This document shows, piece by piece, positions 41,497 through 51,197 of a stretch of 64,000 nt of DNA (the stretch's first letter is position 1; each line of letters opens with the position of its first letter). Under the pieces are notes generated by a model. The model ran no database searches, was not told the DNA's origin, and worked only from the letters and a program-made list of their open reading frames with translations. Made by a program: the position numbers and the translations under genes. This DNA is from a bacterium (GTDB lineage: Bacteria > UBA8248), in the NCBI GenBank assembly GCA_963692865.2, contig OY843592.1:288001-352000 (forward strand), read 5' to 3'.

Positions 41497-42678
41497 TCAG
41501 GGTTTCCCGCGTTCGTCGAATCGTTCGAGCAGTTCGCCCAACGCGCCCAGCGGAACTACCTCGCCGTCCCGGCGGGACTGCCGCTCCGGGCCTCCATAGA
41601 CGACGGCTCCGTGAACGATACGCGGCAACGCCCTCGCCACACGGCGAAAGGCGTCGAACCAGTCGGAGGCGACCGTCGCGCCGGACTTGATCTCGATGAC
41701 GCCCACCCCGTCTCCGTTCTCGTAGAGAAGGTCGCACTCCAGCCCCCGGACGTCCCGGAAGAAGGACAGGTTGGAGCGGCGCCCCCGGTTGAAGCGGTGC
41801 TTGAGGGCCTCTGCGACGACGGCGTTCTCGAACAGCGTCCCCCGAAGCGGGTGGGTGCCCAATTGCCCGGCGTGTTCGATGCCGATGAGGTGGCTTGCCA
41901 ACCCGACGTCGTGGAAGTAGAGCTTGGGTGACTTGACCAGACGCTTGCGGACGTTGGCGAAAAACGGCGGCAGCTGGAAAACGATGTAGCTCGCTTCGAG
42001 AATCGTCAGCCAGTGGCGCGCCGTGGTGTGGGAGACGCCGGCGTCCGCGCCCAGGGCCGAGAGGTTGGCGAGTTGTCCCACGCGCCCGGCGCACAGGCGG
42101 ACGAACCGGCGGAAGCCGGAGAGGTTGCGGATCTCGCCGATCCGGCGCACGTCGCGCTCCACGTAGGTTTCGAAATAGTCGCCGAGCGCCTGGCGGGGTT
42201 CGAGCTTCTGGTCGTGAATCCGGGGGTAGAAACCGGAATAGAGAACGTCGTCGACCGCTTCGCTCGCGCCCGTCCGCCGCCTTTCGGCGAGCGAGAACGG
42301 CAGCAGGCGCAACAGCGCCGTGCGCCCGGCGAGCGACTGGCCGATGGCGTCGGAGAGCCGGAACTGCTCGCTGCCCGTCAGCACGAAGAGGCCGTTTCTT
42401 CCCGCCCTGTCGGCCAATACCTGGAGATAGGACAGGAGTTCGGGGACGCGCTGTATCTCGTCCAGGACGGCGCCGTCGCCCAGCCGGGAGAGAAAACCCC
42501 GGGGGTCGGTTTCGGCGAATTCCCGCTGGTCCGGCGCCTCGAGGTTGACGTATTCGAGGTGCGGAAAGGCGGCGCGGCAAAGCGTGGTTTTGCCCGACTG
42601 CCTCGGGCCGGTCACCGTGACGAACGGGTATTGTTCGAATAACGCCGTCAGGCAAGGGGTGATCTCACGCTCGATCAT
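41497..42678 (-). CDS. AAA_14 + DUF4143 ATP-binding protein
   Basis: GPRQSGKT, LDEIQ, LTGS, KSPKLYFHDVG, IEIKS. Confidence 0.88.
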   Translation of the reverse strand: MIEREITPCLTALFEQYPFVTVTGPRQSGKTTLCRAAFPHLEYVNLEAPDQREFAETDPRGFLSRLGDGAVLDEIQRVPELLSYLQVLADRAGRNGLFVLTGSEQFRLSDAIGQSLAGRTALLRLLPFSLAERRRTGASEAVDDVLYSGFYPRIHDQKLEPRQALGDYFETYVERDVRRIGEIRNLSGFRRFVRLCAGRVGQLANLSALGADAGVSHTTARHWLTILEASYIVFQLPPFFANVRKRLVKSPKLYFHDVGLASHLIGIEHAGQLGTHPLRGTLFENAVVAEALKHRFNRGRRSNLSFFRDVRGLECDLLYENGDGVGVIEIKSGATVASDWFDAFRRVARALPRIVHGAVVYGGPERQSRRDGEVVPLGALGELLERFDERGKP

Positions 42679-42816
42679 GGGGACAGGGTAGCGCGAAAAT
42701 GGCATAATTGCAAGTACTACTTTCAATATTGCAACATGCGCGGGCGTAGGCGGACGGCAAACATGCAAGAAAGCCGCGGGAAAGCCGGGCCTCGACACGG
42801 GCCCGCCGGTATGAAT

Positions 42817-42909
42817 TGGCGGAGAGGGAGGGATTCGAACCCTCGAGGCGCCTTGTGGGCGCCTATACGATTTCCAGTCGTACTCCTTCGGCCTCTCGGA
42901 CACCTCTCC
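42817..42909 (-). tRNA. tRNA-Ser (GGA)
   Basis: GGAGAGG...anticodon loop CTGGAAA, long variable arm, GGTTCGAATCC, ends GCCA. Confidence 0.95.
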
Positions 42910-43008
42910 GCGGGAGCGGGGCCGCCGCGTGAAAGCGTAAGGCGGCCATGCGGGGATTTGTATACCACGGACGGCGGGGGACTGTCAGTCCGCCGTCTTC
43001 ATCGCGCC

Positions 43009-43037
43009 TTGACTTTTCGCAGCGCTTCCCGGATGAT
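43009..43037 (+). promoter_or_regulatory. Putative sigma70 promoter
   Basis: TTGACT-17 nt-GATGAT. Confidence 0.5.
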
Positions 43038-43043
43038 GCGGCC

Positions 43044-43213
43044 ACGTCAGAAAGGAGGTGATCCCAATATGAAAACACACTGTAGGGACGAGGTGACCGG
43101 CGTCTAGGGGAGAGAGCCCTCGGGAGATTCCCACGGGTTTATCTTCGCCCAGGCGAATCCCCACCAGGTCACCGAACGATGGGAAACCCCGGTCCGCGAG
43201 GGCCGGGGTTTTT
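43044..43213 (+). ncRNA. Candidate structured small RNA / micro-ORF transcript (MKTHCRDEVTGV, 43069-43107)
   Basis: AAGGAGGTGATCC SD, nested stems, upstream promoter and downstream terminator. Confidence 0.55.
43184..43213 (+). terminator. Intrinsic terminator
   Basis: aaaccccggtcc-GCGA-gggccggggttttt. Confidence 0.8.
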
Positions 43214-43280
43214 CACGTCGCGTCATTTGAAAACTTTCATCTTTCACGTCTTTTGTCTTCAAGCATAAGGAGCGCGTTTC

Positions 43281-43739
43281 ATGTCGCAGACGAACTGGAC
43301 GGTCTATCTATCGGGAGAAGTGCACACCGACTGGCGCGAGCGCATCACCGGGGGCGCGGAAAAAGCGGGGCTTCCGATCACCTTTCTCGCCCCCGTAACG
43401 GACCACGACGCGAGCGACGACTGCGGCGTGTCCATCCTGGGCGATGAGGAAAAGCCGTTCTGGAAGGACCGCAAGGGGGCGGGCGTCAACGCCATCAGGA
43501 CGCGCACGCTCATCGAGAAGGCGGACGTGGTGGTCGTTCGCTTCGGGGAGAAATACAGGCAGTGGAACGCCGCCTTCGACGCGGGCTACGCGGCGGCCCT
43601 GGGAAAGGCCCTCATCACCCTGCACGAGCCGGGTCACACGCACGCCCTCAAGGAGGTGGACGCCGCCGCCATGGCCGTGGCCGAAGAGCCCGAGCAGGTA
43701 GTGCGTATCCTGAACTACGCCGTCAACGGGACGTTGTAG
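43281..43739 (+). CDS. YtoQ family protein (nucleoside deoxyribosyltransferase-like)
   Basis: VYLSGEVHTDWR, RFGEKYRQWNAAFDAGYA. Confidence 0.88.
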   Translation: MSQTNWTVYLSGEVHTDWRERITGGAEKAGLPITFLAPVTDHDASDDCGVSILGDEEKPFWKDRKGAGVNAIRTRTLIEKADVVVVRFGEKYRQWNAAFDAGYAAALGKALITLHEPGHTHALKEVDAAAMAVAEEPEQVVRILNYAVNGTL

Positions 43740-43750
43740 CGGGCGTGCAT

Positions 43751-43976
43751 GGGGTTGCTGGAAAAGTCCGTTTCGCTCGGAATTGACCACCGCCGTCATT
43801 CCGGCGAAAGCCGGAATCCATTTTTCGCCTTTTGCCTTTCGTCAGGGTTCCCGCACATCGGCGGGGAAGGAAACGCCGCCGTTCATTCATCCGCATCCGC
43901 AAATGGATTCCGGCTTTCGCCGGAATGACGAACAAAACCGAACCGCCTCGAAAGGACAGGTCTCGACCTGTCCCTA
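43751..43976. repeat. Intergenic repeat with an inverted gtcattccggcgaaagccggaatcc pair
   Basis: Related copies at ~55090-55230 and ~61320-61460. Confidence 0.8.
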
Positions 43977-44035
43977 CCACCCTCTCCGGTCGGGAGCGAC
44001 CTGCGCAGGAACGCGCCGGGGTTTCATCGGCTACT

Positions 44036-45043
44036 TCACCTCCCCCGCGCGAGGACCTCGTAGACTTCCGGGTTCACGAGCGTGGACGGCCGCTCGCCCC
44101 GGAAGTAGGCGAGCACGCACCCGGTCGTGTGGCGGAGCGTGTTGCGAATCGCGTCCTCGCCCCGGCCGCCGAGGTGGGGGGCGAGCACGGCGTTCTCGAG
44201 CGTGAATATGGGATGAGCATAATCGGGCGGCTCCTCGGGGAACACGTCTATCCCCGCGCCGCGGATGACGCCGCTCTGAAGAGCCTCGGTAACGGCGTCG
44301 AGATCGAAGACGGGCCCCCGCGAGGTGTTGAAGACGTAGGCGTCGGGCTTCATGAGGCTTAATATCTCGCGGTTTATGATGTGCGTCGTCTCGGGCGTCA
44401 GGGGCACGTGGCAGGTCAGGTAGTCCGATTCCCTCGCAAGCTCCTCCAGGCTCGCGAAGCGCACGCCCAACGCCTTCGCCGTCTCCTCGTCTTGCGCGAC
44501 GTCGTGGGCGATCACCTTCATGTCGAAGGCGACGGCCCGCTTCGCCACCTGCTTGCCGATGTTGCCGAACCCCAGTATCCCCATCGTCATCCCGTTCAGG
44601 GGGCGCATGGGGGGCTGAATCTCGCGCCACAGGCCCTTCCGGATTTCCGAGTCCAGCCAGCCGATGCGCCGGACGGCGCAGAGCAGCATGCCGAAGAGGT
44701 GCTCGGCCACGGACTGTGAGTTCTGCCCCGCCGAGTTCGCGACGACCACCCCCCGCTCGGTGGCCGCCGGTACGTCCACGTTGTTCACGCCCACGCCCGC
44801 GCGCACGATGATCCGCACGCCGGGGGCGCCGTCCATCACCTTGGCCGTATAGGGCTCCGCCCCCGCGATGACGGCGGTGACGCCCGGCAGGGCCGCGATG
44901 ACGTCTTCTTCGGGCATGTGGCCCCGGCACTCGTCGAGGCGCACCTCAAGGCCCTCCTCCACCAGGGGCCGGAACATCTCCATCGGGTTGTCGAAATTCA
45001 GGATAAAGGGGGTTCCCACCCAGACCACGGGTTTATCGCTCAT
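44036..45043 (-). CDS. D-2-hydroxyacid/phosphoglycerate dehydrogenase family
   Basis: GILGFGNIG, NTSRG, DVFPEEP, APHLGG. Confidence 0.9.
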   Translation of the reverse strand: MSDKPVVWVGTPFILNFDNPMEMFRPLVEEGLEVRLDECRGHMPEEDVIAALPGVTAVIAGAEPYTAKVMDGAPGVRIIVRAGVGVNNVDVPAATERGVVVANSAGQNSQSVAEHLFGMLLCAVRRIGWLDSEIRKGLWREIQPPMRPLNGMTMGILGFGNIGKQVAKRAVAFDMKVIAHDVAQDEETAKALGVRFASLEELARESDYLTCHVPLTPETTHIINREILSLMKPDAYVFNTSRGPVFDLDAVTEALQSGVIRGAGIDVFPEEPPDYAHPIFTLENAVLAPHLGGRGEDAIRNTLRHTTGCVLAYFRGERPSTLVNPEVYEVLARGR

Positions 45044-45105
45044 GCGCTCTCGTCTCCATTTCATTCGTTCTCGGCTGCATTGAGGGGAAATATGAAAATC
45101 AGAGC

Positions 45106-45873
45106 TTACCTGCCCCGCCAGACGGGCTTTCTCTTCTCGCGGAAGGCGAGGATGCCCTCCCTGGAATCCTCGGTGTGCAGGATGCGGTCCGCCACGTCGC
45201 GCGACATGTAGACCCTGTCGCGGTAGCCCAGGTCCTCGCCCCGGCGCGCCGCCTCCTTGATGGCGCAGACCGCCATGGGCGCGGCTTCGAGGATTTCGTG
45301 CGCATAGCGCACAGCCGTTGCGAGAAGCTCCTCGTGCGGCACCACCTCGGTGGCGATTCCCAGGCGAAGGCATTCCTCGGCGGGGATGAACTTGCCGCGC
45401 ATCAGGTAGCTCATCGCTTGCGTCCAGGGAATCGCGTGCGCGCACATGGCCGGGCCGCTGACCGAGGATATCCCCCGGAGCACCTGCGGCCAGCCCATGG
45501 AACCGCGTTCTGAAAAAATGAGGATGTCCGAGTTCAGCGCGAAGCCCGCCCCCTGGGCCAGGCAGGGGCCGTTAATGGCGCAGATGATCGGCTTGTAGAG
45601 ATAGCGGAGATAAAGATAAAGCTCGTCGTTCGACATCACCTGCGCGTCGCTCTCGGGCATCTTCTCCACGATGTCCTTGCCCGAGCAGAAAACGTCCCCC
45701 GCCGCCGTGATGATGGCCACCCAGACGTCCGGGTTGTGCTTGATGTCGGCGTAGGCGTCCTGCACCTCCTTGCGCATGGCGTAGTTGATGGCGTTTTTCT
45801 TCTCGGGCCGGTTGAGAGTCAGGTACGCGACGTGGTTCTTCACTTCATACGTGGTTGCTTCTCGATTCGCCAT
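45106..45873 (-). CDS. Enoyl-CoA hydratase/isomerase family
   Basis: TLNRPEKKNA, FCSGKD, KPIICAING, AFREKRKP. Confidence 0.9.
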   Translation of the reverse strand: MANREATTYEVKNHVAYLTLNRPEKKNAINYAMRKEVQDAYADIKHNPDVWVAIITAAGDVFCSGKDIVEKMPESDAQVMSNDELYLYLRYLYKPIICAINGPCLAQGAGFALNSDILIFSERGSMGWPQVLRGISSVSGPAMCAHAIPWTQAMSYLMRGKFIPAEECLRLGIATEVVPHEELLATAVRYAHEILEAAPMAVCAIKEAARRGEDLGYRDRVYMSRDVADRILHTEDSREGILAFREKRKPVWRGR

Positions 45874-46077
45874 GGCCGGGCTTCCTTTTCTGAAAGATGC
45901 GGGAGCGGCGCGGGCCGCTCCATGAAATCATCGTCGGGTCGAAGACGGCCATTGTAGCGAAAACCGCCCGAGCGCGCTCCCGCCCGCGTAAATTCGCAGA
46001 CTGTGCGCTTGAGCGGCCAGCCCCGGCCCCGTCGGCCCTCCTCGAAGCGGGGGCAGCCGATCAAGACCCCTCCCGGA

Positions 46078-46720
46078 GGGCTGTTGCCCCCCCCCGACAA
46101 GGGGTAACAGCGACGCCCCCCGCCAAGGAGTTAAAAAAGGCCCCCCTGGCAAGGGGATGTTGAAAAAGTCCTTCTTGGGGGACATCGCCTTTGCGGGAAG
46201 GCCGCTTTCGCGCGAACCCCCTCGTCGGAATCAACCCCCCTACCCCCCCTTGTCGGGGCTGTTGAAAAACACCTGATTTCGCGATTCGGCGAATGCAGCC
46301 GACCGGGAAGGGAGGGTTCGACGGTTTTGCTCGTCATTCCGGTGTCGGAGCCGACCGCGGAGGGAGGGTTCGACGGAATCCAGAGCCGATGTGAATTTCG
46401 AACCGCAGGACGACCATGAAAAACAATCATGCGAAAAGACGAATTCAAAAGCAAAGTCCCTGGATTCCGGCATGCGCCGGAATGACGGCGTGTAATCTCG
46501 ATTGTAGGGGCCGCATATCATGCGGCCCGTTGCCGGAGAGGCGAAAAAGGCCGGGCCGCATGATATGTCAGACATATATGTCTGACCTGCGGCGGGATTA
46601 CCGACTGACCTGCAAGGACTTTTTCAACAACCCCTTGTCAGGGGGGTACAAGAATGCGATGCGCTCCCGCGGGGCAGAGGGGGGTTTTTCAACAGCCCCG
46701 ACAAGGGGGGTTGGGGGGTT
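46078..46720. repeat. Nested composite repeat
   Basis: Multiple TIR motifs and cccccttgtc/gacaaggggg half-sites. Confidence 0.8.
46255..46634. mobile_element. MITE-like element with TTGTC target duplication
   Basis: ttgtc|ggggctgttgaaaaac...actttttcaacaacccc|ttgtc. Confidence 0.78.
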
Positions 46721-46845
46721 CAAGGCCGAAACAGGCATCTCCCGGGAGGGGGAGGCATGGGCGCGTAAATTTCCTTGACGATAAACTTGTGAGAAACTCC
46801 CCCCATCGTTCAAAGCGCGTCCACCGAACCTACAGGAGAAGCCAC

Positions 46846-48501
46846 ATGCGCGTCGTCGACGTCATCGCCGGAATCCTGAAGCGCGAAGGGGTGAGCCACC
46901 TGAACTGCTACCCCACCACCGTCCAGATCGAAGCGGCCGCCGCCCTCGGCATCCGGCCCGTCGTCTGCCGCCAGGAGCGCGTGGGGGTGGGCATCGCCGA
47001 CGGCTTCGCCCGCGTCACCAACGGCGCCGCGCCCTCGGTGTTCACCATGCAGTACGGGCCGGGGGCGGAAAACGCCTTTCCGGGCATCTCCACCGCGTAT
47101 TCCGATTCCACGCCAATGCTGCTGCTCCCCCTCGGCCACGCCAGGGGGCGCGACCGCGTGTTCCCCATGTTCAGTTCGGTCGACTCCTACGCCTCGGTGA
47201 CGAAATCGGCCGAGCAGATCAACGTGCCCGAACGGACGGCGGACGCCATGCGCCGCGCCTTCCACGCGCTCAGGAACGGCCGCCCCGGCCCCGTGCTCGT
47301 GGAGTTGCCCGAAGACATCGCGGGAATGGAAGTCTCGGACGATATGCTCGAAGGCTACGCGCCCGTGAAGCGAACGCGCTCCCAGGCGGACCCGCAGGAC
47401 GTGGAGAGCGCAGCAGAAGCGTTGCTGGCGGCCGAGCGTCCGGTGATCCTCGCGGGCGCGGGCGTGCTCTACGCGGAGGCGACCGAGGAGCTGCGCGAAC
47501 TGGCGGAGCTCCTCCGGGTTCCCGTCCTGACCACCATGGAGGGCAAGAGCGCGATCTCGGAGGCGAACCACCCCCTGGCCCTCGGCGTGGGTTCGAGCGT
47601 CATGGCGGGTCCCGCCTACCATTTCCTGAAAGACGCAAGCCTGGTGTTCGCCGTCGGCACGAGCCTCACCGACCACGGCCTCGCCACGCGCGTGCCCGGC
47701 GGCAAGACCATCGTCCACGCGACGAACGACCCGGTCGACCTGAACAAGAGCTACGCCGCCGATTACCCCGTACTCGGCGACGCGAAGCTCGTGCTGCGCC
47801 AGTTCATCGACTGCTGCGCGGAGCGGATGAAGAACGCGGAGGGGAGCGGGCGGGTAGGAGTACAGGCGCAGGTGGCGGAGGCGCGAAAGGCCTGGCTCGA
47901 CGAGTGGGCGCCCAAGCTCGCATCTGATGAAAAACCCATCAACCCCTACCGCGTGATCCGGGAACTGATGCGCAACGTCCCGCCCGCGGAAGCCGTCGTG
48001 ACGCATGATTCGGGGAACCCGCGGTACGAGGTGCTGCCCATGTATCTGTGCGACACGCCGAGGTCCTATCTCGGCTGGGGGAAATCCCACCAGCTCGGCA
48101 CCGGGCTCGGCCTCGCCATGGGGGCGAAGCTGGCCGCGCCCGACAAGTTCTGCGTGAACTTCATGGGAGACGCGGCGTTCGGCATGACCGGGCTCGATTT
48201 CGAGACCGCCGTGCGCGAGAATCTCCCCATCTGCACCGTGTTGCTCAAGAACTCCACCATGGCGGTGGAGACCAATCACATGGCGCTATCGCATGAGAAA
48301 TACGGCACGCGCGACGTGGGCGGCGAATACGCCGACATCGCCAGAGCGCTCGGCGGCTGGTCGAAGCGCGTGGAGGAGCCGGGCGAGGTCGGCGCGGCCT
48401 TCCTGGAGGCGAGGCGTGTGACCGAAGAGGGAACGCCCGCCCTGATCGAATTCATCACGAGCGAGGAGATGGGCTACTCCCACCCCCGCCCGTTCGGGTA
48501 G
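46846..48501 (+). CDS. Thiamine pyrophosphate-requiring enzyme (acetolactate synthase superfamily)
   Basis: RQERVGVGIADG, GPGAEN, GDAAFGM. Confidence 0.9.
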   Translation: MRVVDVIAGILKREGVSHLNCYPTTVQIEAAAALGIRPVVCRQERVGVGIADGFARVTNGAAPSVFTMQYGPGAENAFPGISTAYSDSTPMLLLPLGHARGRDRVFPMFSSVDSYASVTKSAEQINVPERTADAMRRAFHALRNGRPGPVLVELPEDIAGMEVSDDMLEGYAPVKRTRSQADPQDVESAAEALLAAERPVILAGAGVLYAEATEELRELAELLRVPVLTTMEGKSAISEANHPLALGVGSSVMAGPAYHFLKDASLVFAVGTSLTDHGLATRVPGGKTIVHATNDPVDLNKSYAADYPVLGDAKLVLRQFIDCCAERMKNAEGSGRVGVQAQVAEARKAWLDEWAPKLASDEKPINPYRVIRELMRNVPPAEAVVTHDSGNPRYEVLPMYLCDTPRSYLGWGKSHQLGTGLGLAMGAKLAAPDKFCVNFMGDAAFGMTGLDFETAVRENLPICTVLLKNSTMAVETNHMALSHEKYGTRDVGGEYADIARALGGWSKRVEEPGEVGAAFLEARRVTEEGTPALIEFITSEEMGYSHPRPFG

Positions 48502-48507
48502 AGAGGC

Positions 48508-49497
48508 CTACACCTCGACGACGATCTTGCCCATCTGCTGGTTGGATTCCATGTACTCGTACGCCCCCGCCGCCTCGTCGAGCGGGAACGTCCTGGCGAT
48601 GACGGGCTTGAGCGCGCCCGATTCCAGGCCGTCGTAGATGAACTTCTTCCCCCGCTCCCTTTTTTCCGGGAACTTCGTGATCTCCATGATCGTATAGCAC
48701 CGGAAGGTCAGCCCTTTCCGGAGGGCCGGGAACAAGGGAATCACCGCATCCTCGGGCGAGAGGCGGCCGTAGAGGAAAATCGCGCCCTGGTAGGCGGCCG
48801 CATCGGCGAGCTTCGGCAGCGTGGACCCGACGACGGGGTCGAAGACGACGTCGGCGCCCGCGCCGGCCGTGATGTCCATCACCGACTCCGCCAGGTCCTC
48901 CTCGTCCGTCACGACGACCCGGTTCGCGCCGATGTTCAGGAGAAAATCCTTCTTGCCCGCCCCGCGCGTCGTGGCGATCACCCGCGCGCCCACTGATTTC
49001 GCTATCTGTATCGCCGCAACGCCGACGCTGCTGCTCGCCGCCGTGAGCAGGACGGTATCGCCCTCCTTCAATCCTCCGAATTCGATGAGCGCGCCGTATG
49101 CGGTGAAATACTGCATCCAGATGGCGGCTCCCTCGGCGGGCGAGAGTCTGTCGGGGTAGCGGGCGGCGGCGAACGCGGGCACGACCGCCTGCTCGCCGCA
49201 CACGCCGTGCTCCACCATCGAGAAGCAGGGAATCGTGCTCACGCGGTCGCCGACCGCCAGTTCCGCCACGCCCGGACCCACGGCGTCTATCGCCCCGCAG
49301 GCCTCGTAGCCGATTCGGGAGGGGAATTCGGGTTTGTCGTGGTAAAGGCCATGGCGGAAGAGAATCTCCGCCCGGTTGAGCCCTATCGCCTCAACTTTGA
49401 TGCGAACTTCCCCTTCTCCGGGCTGCAAGTCGGAAACCTCCGCCACGCGGAGCACGTCCGCGCCGCCCAACTCGTCAAAAAGAACCGCTTTCGGCAT
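48508..49497 (-). CDS. MDR-family NADPH:quinone oxidoreductase
   Basis: GLNRAE, GYEACG, TAASSSVG, GKIVV. Confidence 0.9.
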   Translation of the reverse strand: MPKAVLFDELGGADVLRVAEVSDLQPGEGEVRIKVEAIGLNRAEILFRHGLYHDKPEFPSRIGYEACGAIDAVGPGVAELAVGDRVSTIPCFSMVEHGVCGEQAVVPAFAAARYPDRLSPAEGAAIWMQYFTAYGALIEFGGLKEGDTVLLTAASSSVGVAAIQIAKSVGARVIATTRGAGKKDFLLNIGANRVVVTDEEDLAESVMDITAGAGADVVFDPVVGSTLPKLADAAAYQGAIFLYGRLSPEDAVIPLFPALRKGLTFRCYTIMEITKFPEKRERGKKFIYDGLESGALKPVIARTFPLDEAAGAYEYMESNQQMGKIVVEV

Positions 49498-49521
49498 TCC
49501 CTCACCCTCCTTCGCTGTCGC

Positions 49522-50349
49522 TCAAAGAGCAGGCCCGATGGGCCACTCGATTACCGTCACCCCCAGGAACCACAGGGGTTCTATCCGGTAGGTCCAAAGA
49601 TTCGCCTCGGTGTCTCCGCTGAGAGCCGCGGCGGATATCCACGTCCTGATCTCGTTGCCCCCGTTCCCGCCCTTATCGATCTTCTCTTGCGGCCACGCGG
49701 AGAGACCCTTCGCGTCCGCGCGGCGCAGCATGTCGATCACCTCGCGGTCCCACCCCTCGTCGATGGCGCCCAGCTCGGGCGTCCCTATCCAGTGCGAGGG
49801 CGCGCCCGTCGCCACGACGGCGGCGCGCTCGCATCCTGCGTAGCTCTCCAGCAGTCGCCTGAGGGAAACGCCGAGATCGTACGCTCTCGCTGCGGGCGGC
49901 AGGGGCGGCGCCACCGTGTTTTGCAGGACCGGGACGACGGGGAGGCCCGTATCGCCCATCAAGGCCAGTGGCGAGACGAAGGAATGATCCAGCGCCAGTT
50001 CGCGGCAAACCAGGGGGTCGAAGCCGTTCGCCAGCAGCCCGCGCGCCAGATGGGATGCCAGCCCCTCCGCGCCCTCGTAAACGTCGCCCGGCAGAAAAGG
50101 CTCGGTCTCCACCGGGCCGAATCGAGGACCCGCGCCGACCGCCAGGGCGGGGTATCTGTCCATGGAGAAGGCGTGCAGGTGGTCGTTCCCCAGCAGGACC
50201 ATCGCCTCGGCCCCCCGCGCCACGATCTCGCGCGCCATCCTTCGGTAGGAGGAGAATACCTCTTCCCTCACCTCTTCTGCGGGCGCATCGTGCCTGAGCA
50301 GAAAAAGAGGCGTGTGGCTCGCCGCGAAGGCGCCGACGATCTGCGCCAC
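49522..50349 (-). CDS. LigB-type extradiol dioxygenase catalytic subunit
   Basis: ASHTP, NDHLH, LDHS, TGAPSH, NEIRTW; GTG start. Confidence 0.85.
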   Translation of the reverse strand: MAQIVGAFAASHTPLFLLRHDAPAEEVREEVFSSYRRMAREIVARGAEAMVLLGNDHLHAFSMDRYPALAVGAGPRFGPVETEPFLPGDVYEGAEGLASHLARGLLANGFDPLVCRELALDHSFVSPLALMGDTGLPVVPVLQNTVAPPLPPAARAYDLGVSLRRLLESYAGCERAAVVATGAPSHWIGTPELGAIDEGWDREVIDMLRRADAKGLSAWPQEKIDKGGNGGNEIRTWISAAALSGDTEANLWTYRIEPLWFLGVTVIEWPIGPAL

Positions 50350-50350
50350 C

Positions 50351-50629
50351 TTATATCTCTCCCTCATCGGGGCGCGGATAGGAGAGGCCCGCCAGCGCCG
50401 CCCTGTAATCCGCATCCGTTATCCCCGCGCGCATCTGCAGCACGCGCAGCAGGTAGGGGTTCGCGCCGAAGCTCCACAGCGCGCGCACGTCGGAATCGCG
50501 GACCGCCGCCAGTTCCGCGTCGGTTACGTCGTACCCGCGCGCGAACCCGTGCGGGTCGCGCAGGAACGCCTCGCGCTTCTCAAGGGGCTGGATATCGTGG
50601 ATCAAGCGGTTCAGGGCCAGTTTCGACAT
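50351..50629 (-). CDS. LigA-like small dioxygenase subunit
   Basis: AFLRDP...TDAELAAV...GANPYLL, adjacent to the ligB-like gene. Confidence 0.78.
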   Translation of the reverse strand: MSKLALNRLIHDIQPLEKREAFLRDPHGFARGYDVTDAELAAVRDSDVRALWSFGANPYLLRVLQMRAGITDADYRAALAGLSYPRPDEGEI

Positions 50630-50744
50630 GGGGGAAGCCTACAGGAGTAGTCCGTGAAAATAAACGGGAATTGCATACGCCTCTCGACCGCGGGGAACAA
50701 GGTTCTGGATGTGGCAGGGAATGATGGAATCACTCCCTCTTGGA

Positions 50745-51028
50745 GGGTTGTTGAAAAACCTCTCCTTGCCCAAAAGTGACCACTGCCGTCATTCCAGCGT
50801 TATTGCCGCTCCTATTGTAGGGGCCGCATACATGCGGCCCAGCCTTTTCGCATTCACAATGCGGGTCGCATAATATGCGACCCCTACACTTCTATTGTCA
50901 TCCCGACTAAGGGGGAGTGGTTCTTCTCTTTAGTCGGAAGGAAATGCTGCATAAGAGGGGAGTGGTTTGATAAGCGCACGTCGATGGGGAAATCCATCCT
51001 TTTTGGGGGAGACTTTTCCAACAGCCCC
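50745..51028. repeat. TIR-bounded composite repeat
   Basis: gggttgttgaaaaacc...gacttttccaacagcccc with GTAG-type hairpins. Confidence 0.78.
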
Positions 51029-51197
51029 GAGATGCGGAGGCGTCGTTCGATGGCGTATACGTCCACAGGTTCGTCATCGCTGGCCGATTCGTCCCGCGCA
51101 ACGGTATAATCCCGCCATCTCATCGAACGAGGAGAGCGACATGGAATGCGCGCCGGACCCGACGATTCCGCCCGGGCGCGGAAAACCGGGCAAGGAG

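Noticed and set aside
43052-43064. Possible 16S rRNA 3' fragment on the minus strand
   Set aside because: The match stops after ~13 nt; flanks are not rRNA-like and it is positioned as an SD before an ATG.
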